Part shown: positions 31,670-32,000 of the stretch, one piece after another
Layout: every line of letters starts with the position of its first letter
How positions within the stretch are numbered: the first letter of the stretch is position 1
Notes under the pieces: generated by a model
Told to the model about the DNA's origin: nothing
What the model saw: the letters and a program-made list of their open reading frames with translations, nothing else
Databases searched by the model: none
Assembly: GCF_000025945.1 (NCBI RefSeq)
Contig: NC_006139.1
Location: 89,588-121,587, forward strand
Direction of reading: 5' to 3'
Origin: Desulfotalea psychrophila LSv54
GTDB lineage: Bacteria > Desulfobacterota > Desulfobulbia > Desulfobulbales > Desulfocapsaceae
DNA length: 32,000 nt
Program-made: the position numbers and the translations under genes

Positions 31670-32000
31670 AAGCTGTTTTTCTAGAGCGTACGTTGTCTAA
31701 GTTATCTTTTTGGACGCGTAGGTTGTTCACAGTGCGGTTTGTTGGTTTGTTTTGGAGTAAGACATAGGTGGGGTGGTATTTTTTAGATTGTTGAGCGCAG
31801 AGTAAATATGGGTCTTTTTGGTTTTTCTTGGAGAAGATAAGTAGGGGGTTGTTAGAAGCTGTTTTTCTAGAGAGCATGTTGTCCTTGCTATCTTTATGGG
31901 TGTCTAGGGCGCCTGTGGTGTAGCCTGGTGACTTAGTTTAAGGCGAAGCATAGGTGGATATGGTATTTTTAAGATCGTTAAGTATAGGGTGAATATGAGC
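31670..32000 (+). repeat. ~186-bp tandem repeat array (two units plus a degenerate upstream unit), truncated by the window edge
   Basis: Unit starts AAGCTGTTTTTCTAGAG lie at 31670 and 31856. A second conserved block, CATAGGTGG..TGGTATTTTT.A.AT.GTT.AG....G.GT.AATATG.G, lies at 31763 and 31949. Both are offset by 186. The segments between the blocks differ. The plus strand is markedly G+T rich. Confidence 0.75.

Noticed and set aside
31401-31700. 99-aa plus-strand ORF from the track, taken as an independent gene.
   Set aside because: Its first ~18 codons are the transposon's two IR sequences. Only the part right of 31454 belongs to the pre-insertion reading frame that continues from 23689-23753.
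31905-31950. tRNA-like string GGGCGCCTGTGGTGTAGCCTGGTGA (D-loop-like TAGCCTGGT).
   Set aside because: No complementary D-stem, anticodon arm or T-arm (GTTCRANYC) follows, and no acceptor-stem complement is present. The equivalent segment in the neighbouring repeat unit is unrelated.
31670-32000. CRISPR array or integron attC cassettes as an explanation for the 186-bp periodicity.
   Set aside because: The period and repeat length are far outside the CRISPR range and there are no short identical repeats. GTTRRRY-like cores (GTTGAGC, GTTAAGT) occur, but no inverse core RYYYAAC lies within the units, and no integrase gene is nearby.

Overview
The window has three parts. No rRNA, tRNA or CRISPR array was found. 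All calls come from reading translations and motifs by eye; no database search was possible.

(1) 1-22885 is a Wzx/Wzy-type exopolysaccharide/capsule locus. Almost all of it is on the minus strand, read right-to-left from a ~690 bp divergent control region (20755-21442). That region also faces the plus-strand priming phosphoglycosyl transferase (21443-22885).
- The promoter-proximal half (7706-20754, roughly 50% G+C by eye) encodes, in order: a PHP-type tyrosine phosphatase, an orphan secreted tandem-repeat protein, a frameshifted outer-membrane beta-barrel, a short OPX (Wza-like) protein, a split PCP + BY-kinase pair, a TPR protein, an O-antigen-ligase-like protein, an RfaH-type NusG paralog followed immediately by an exact ops element (GGCGGTAGCGTG), an FrhB-like Fe-S protein and a Wzx flippase.
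- The distal part (1-6200) is strikingly AT-rich. It carries the serotype-type genes: two GT4 glycosyltransferases, an EpsG/Wzy polymerase, a pyruvyl transferase and a TupA-like ATP-grasp amidoligase.
- Its junctions are littered with dead insertion sequences: a mini IS1-family element with a doubled right end, and an IS903-group IS5 element inserted into an IS630-family fragment.

(2) 23754-31453 is a 7.7 kb Tn3-family transposon, which I delimit by 38-bp inverted repeats (35/38 identical) and an AAGAC target duplication. The resolvase is intact. tnpA is dead (one in-frame TGA plus two frameshifts). The cargo is a TetR regulator, a RibD_C/DHFR-like reductase, a frameshifted GNAT, and a MerR-HTH::SAM-methyltransferase fusion.

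(3) The transposon flanks (22886-23753 and 31454-32000) are one pre-insertion sequence. It contains a small RHH-like ORF behind a promoter with four TGTTTACA boxes, split by the transposon. It also contains a ~186-bp tandem repeat array of unknown nature that runs off the right edge.
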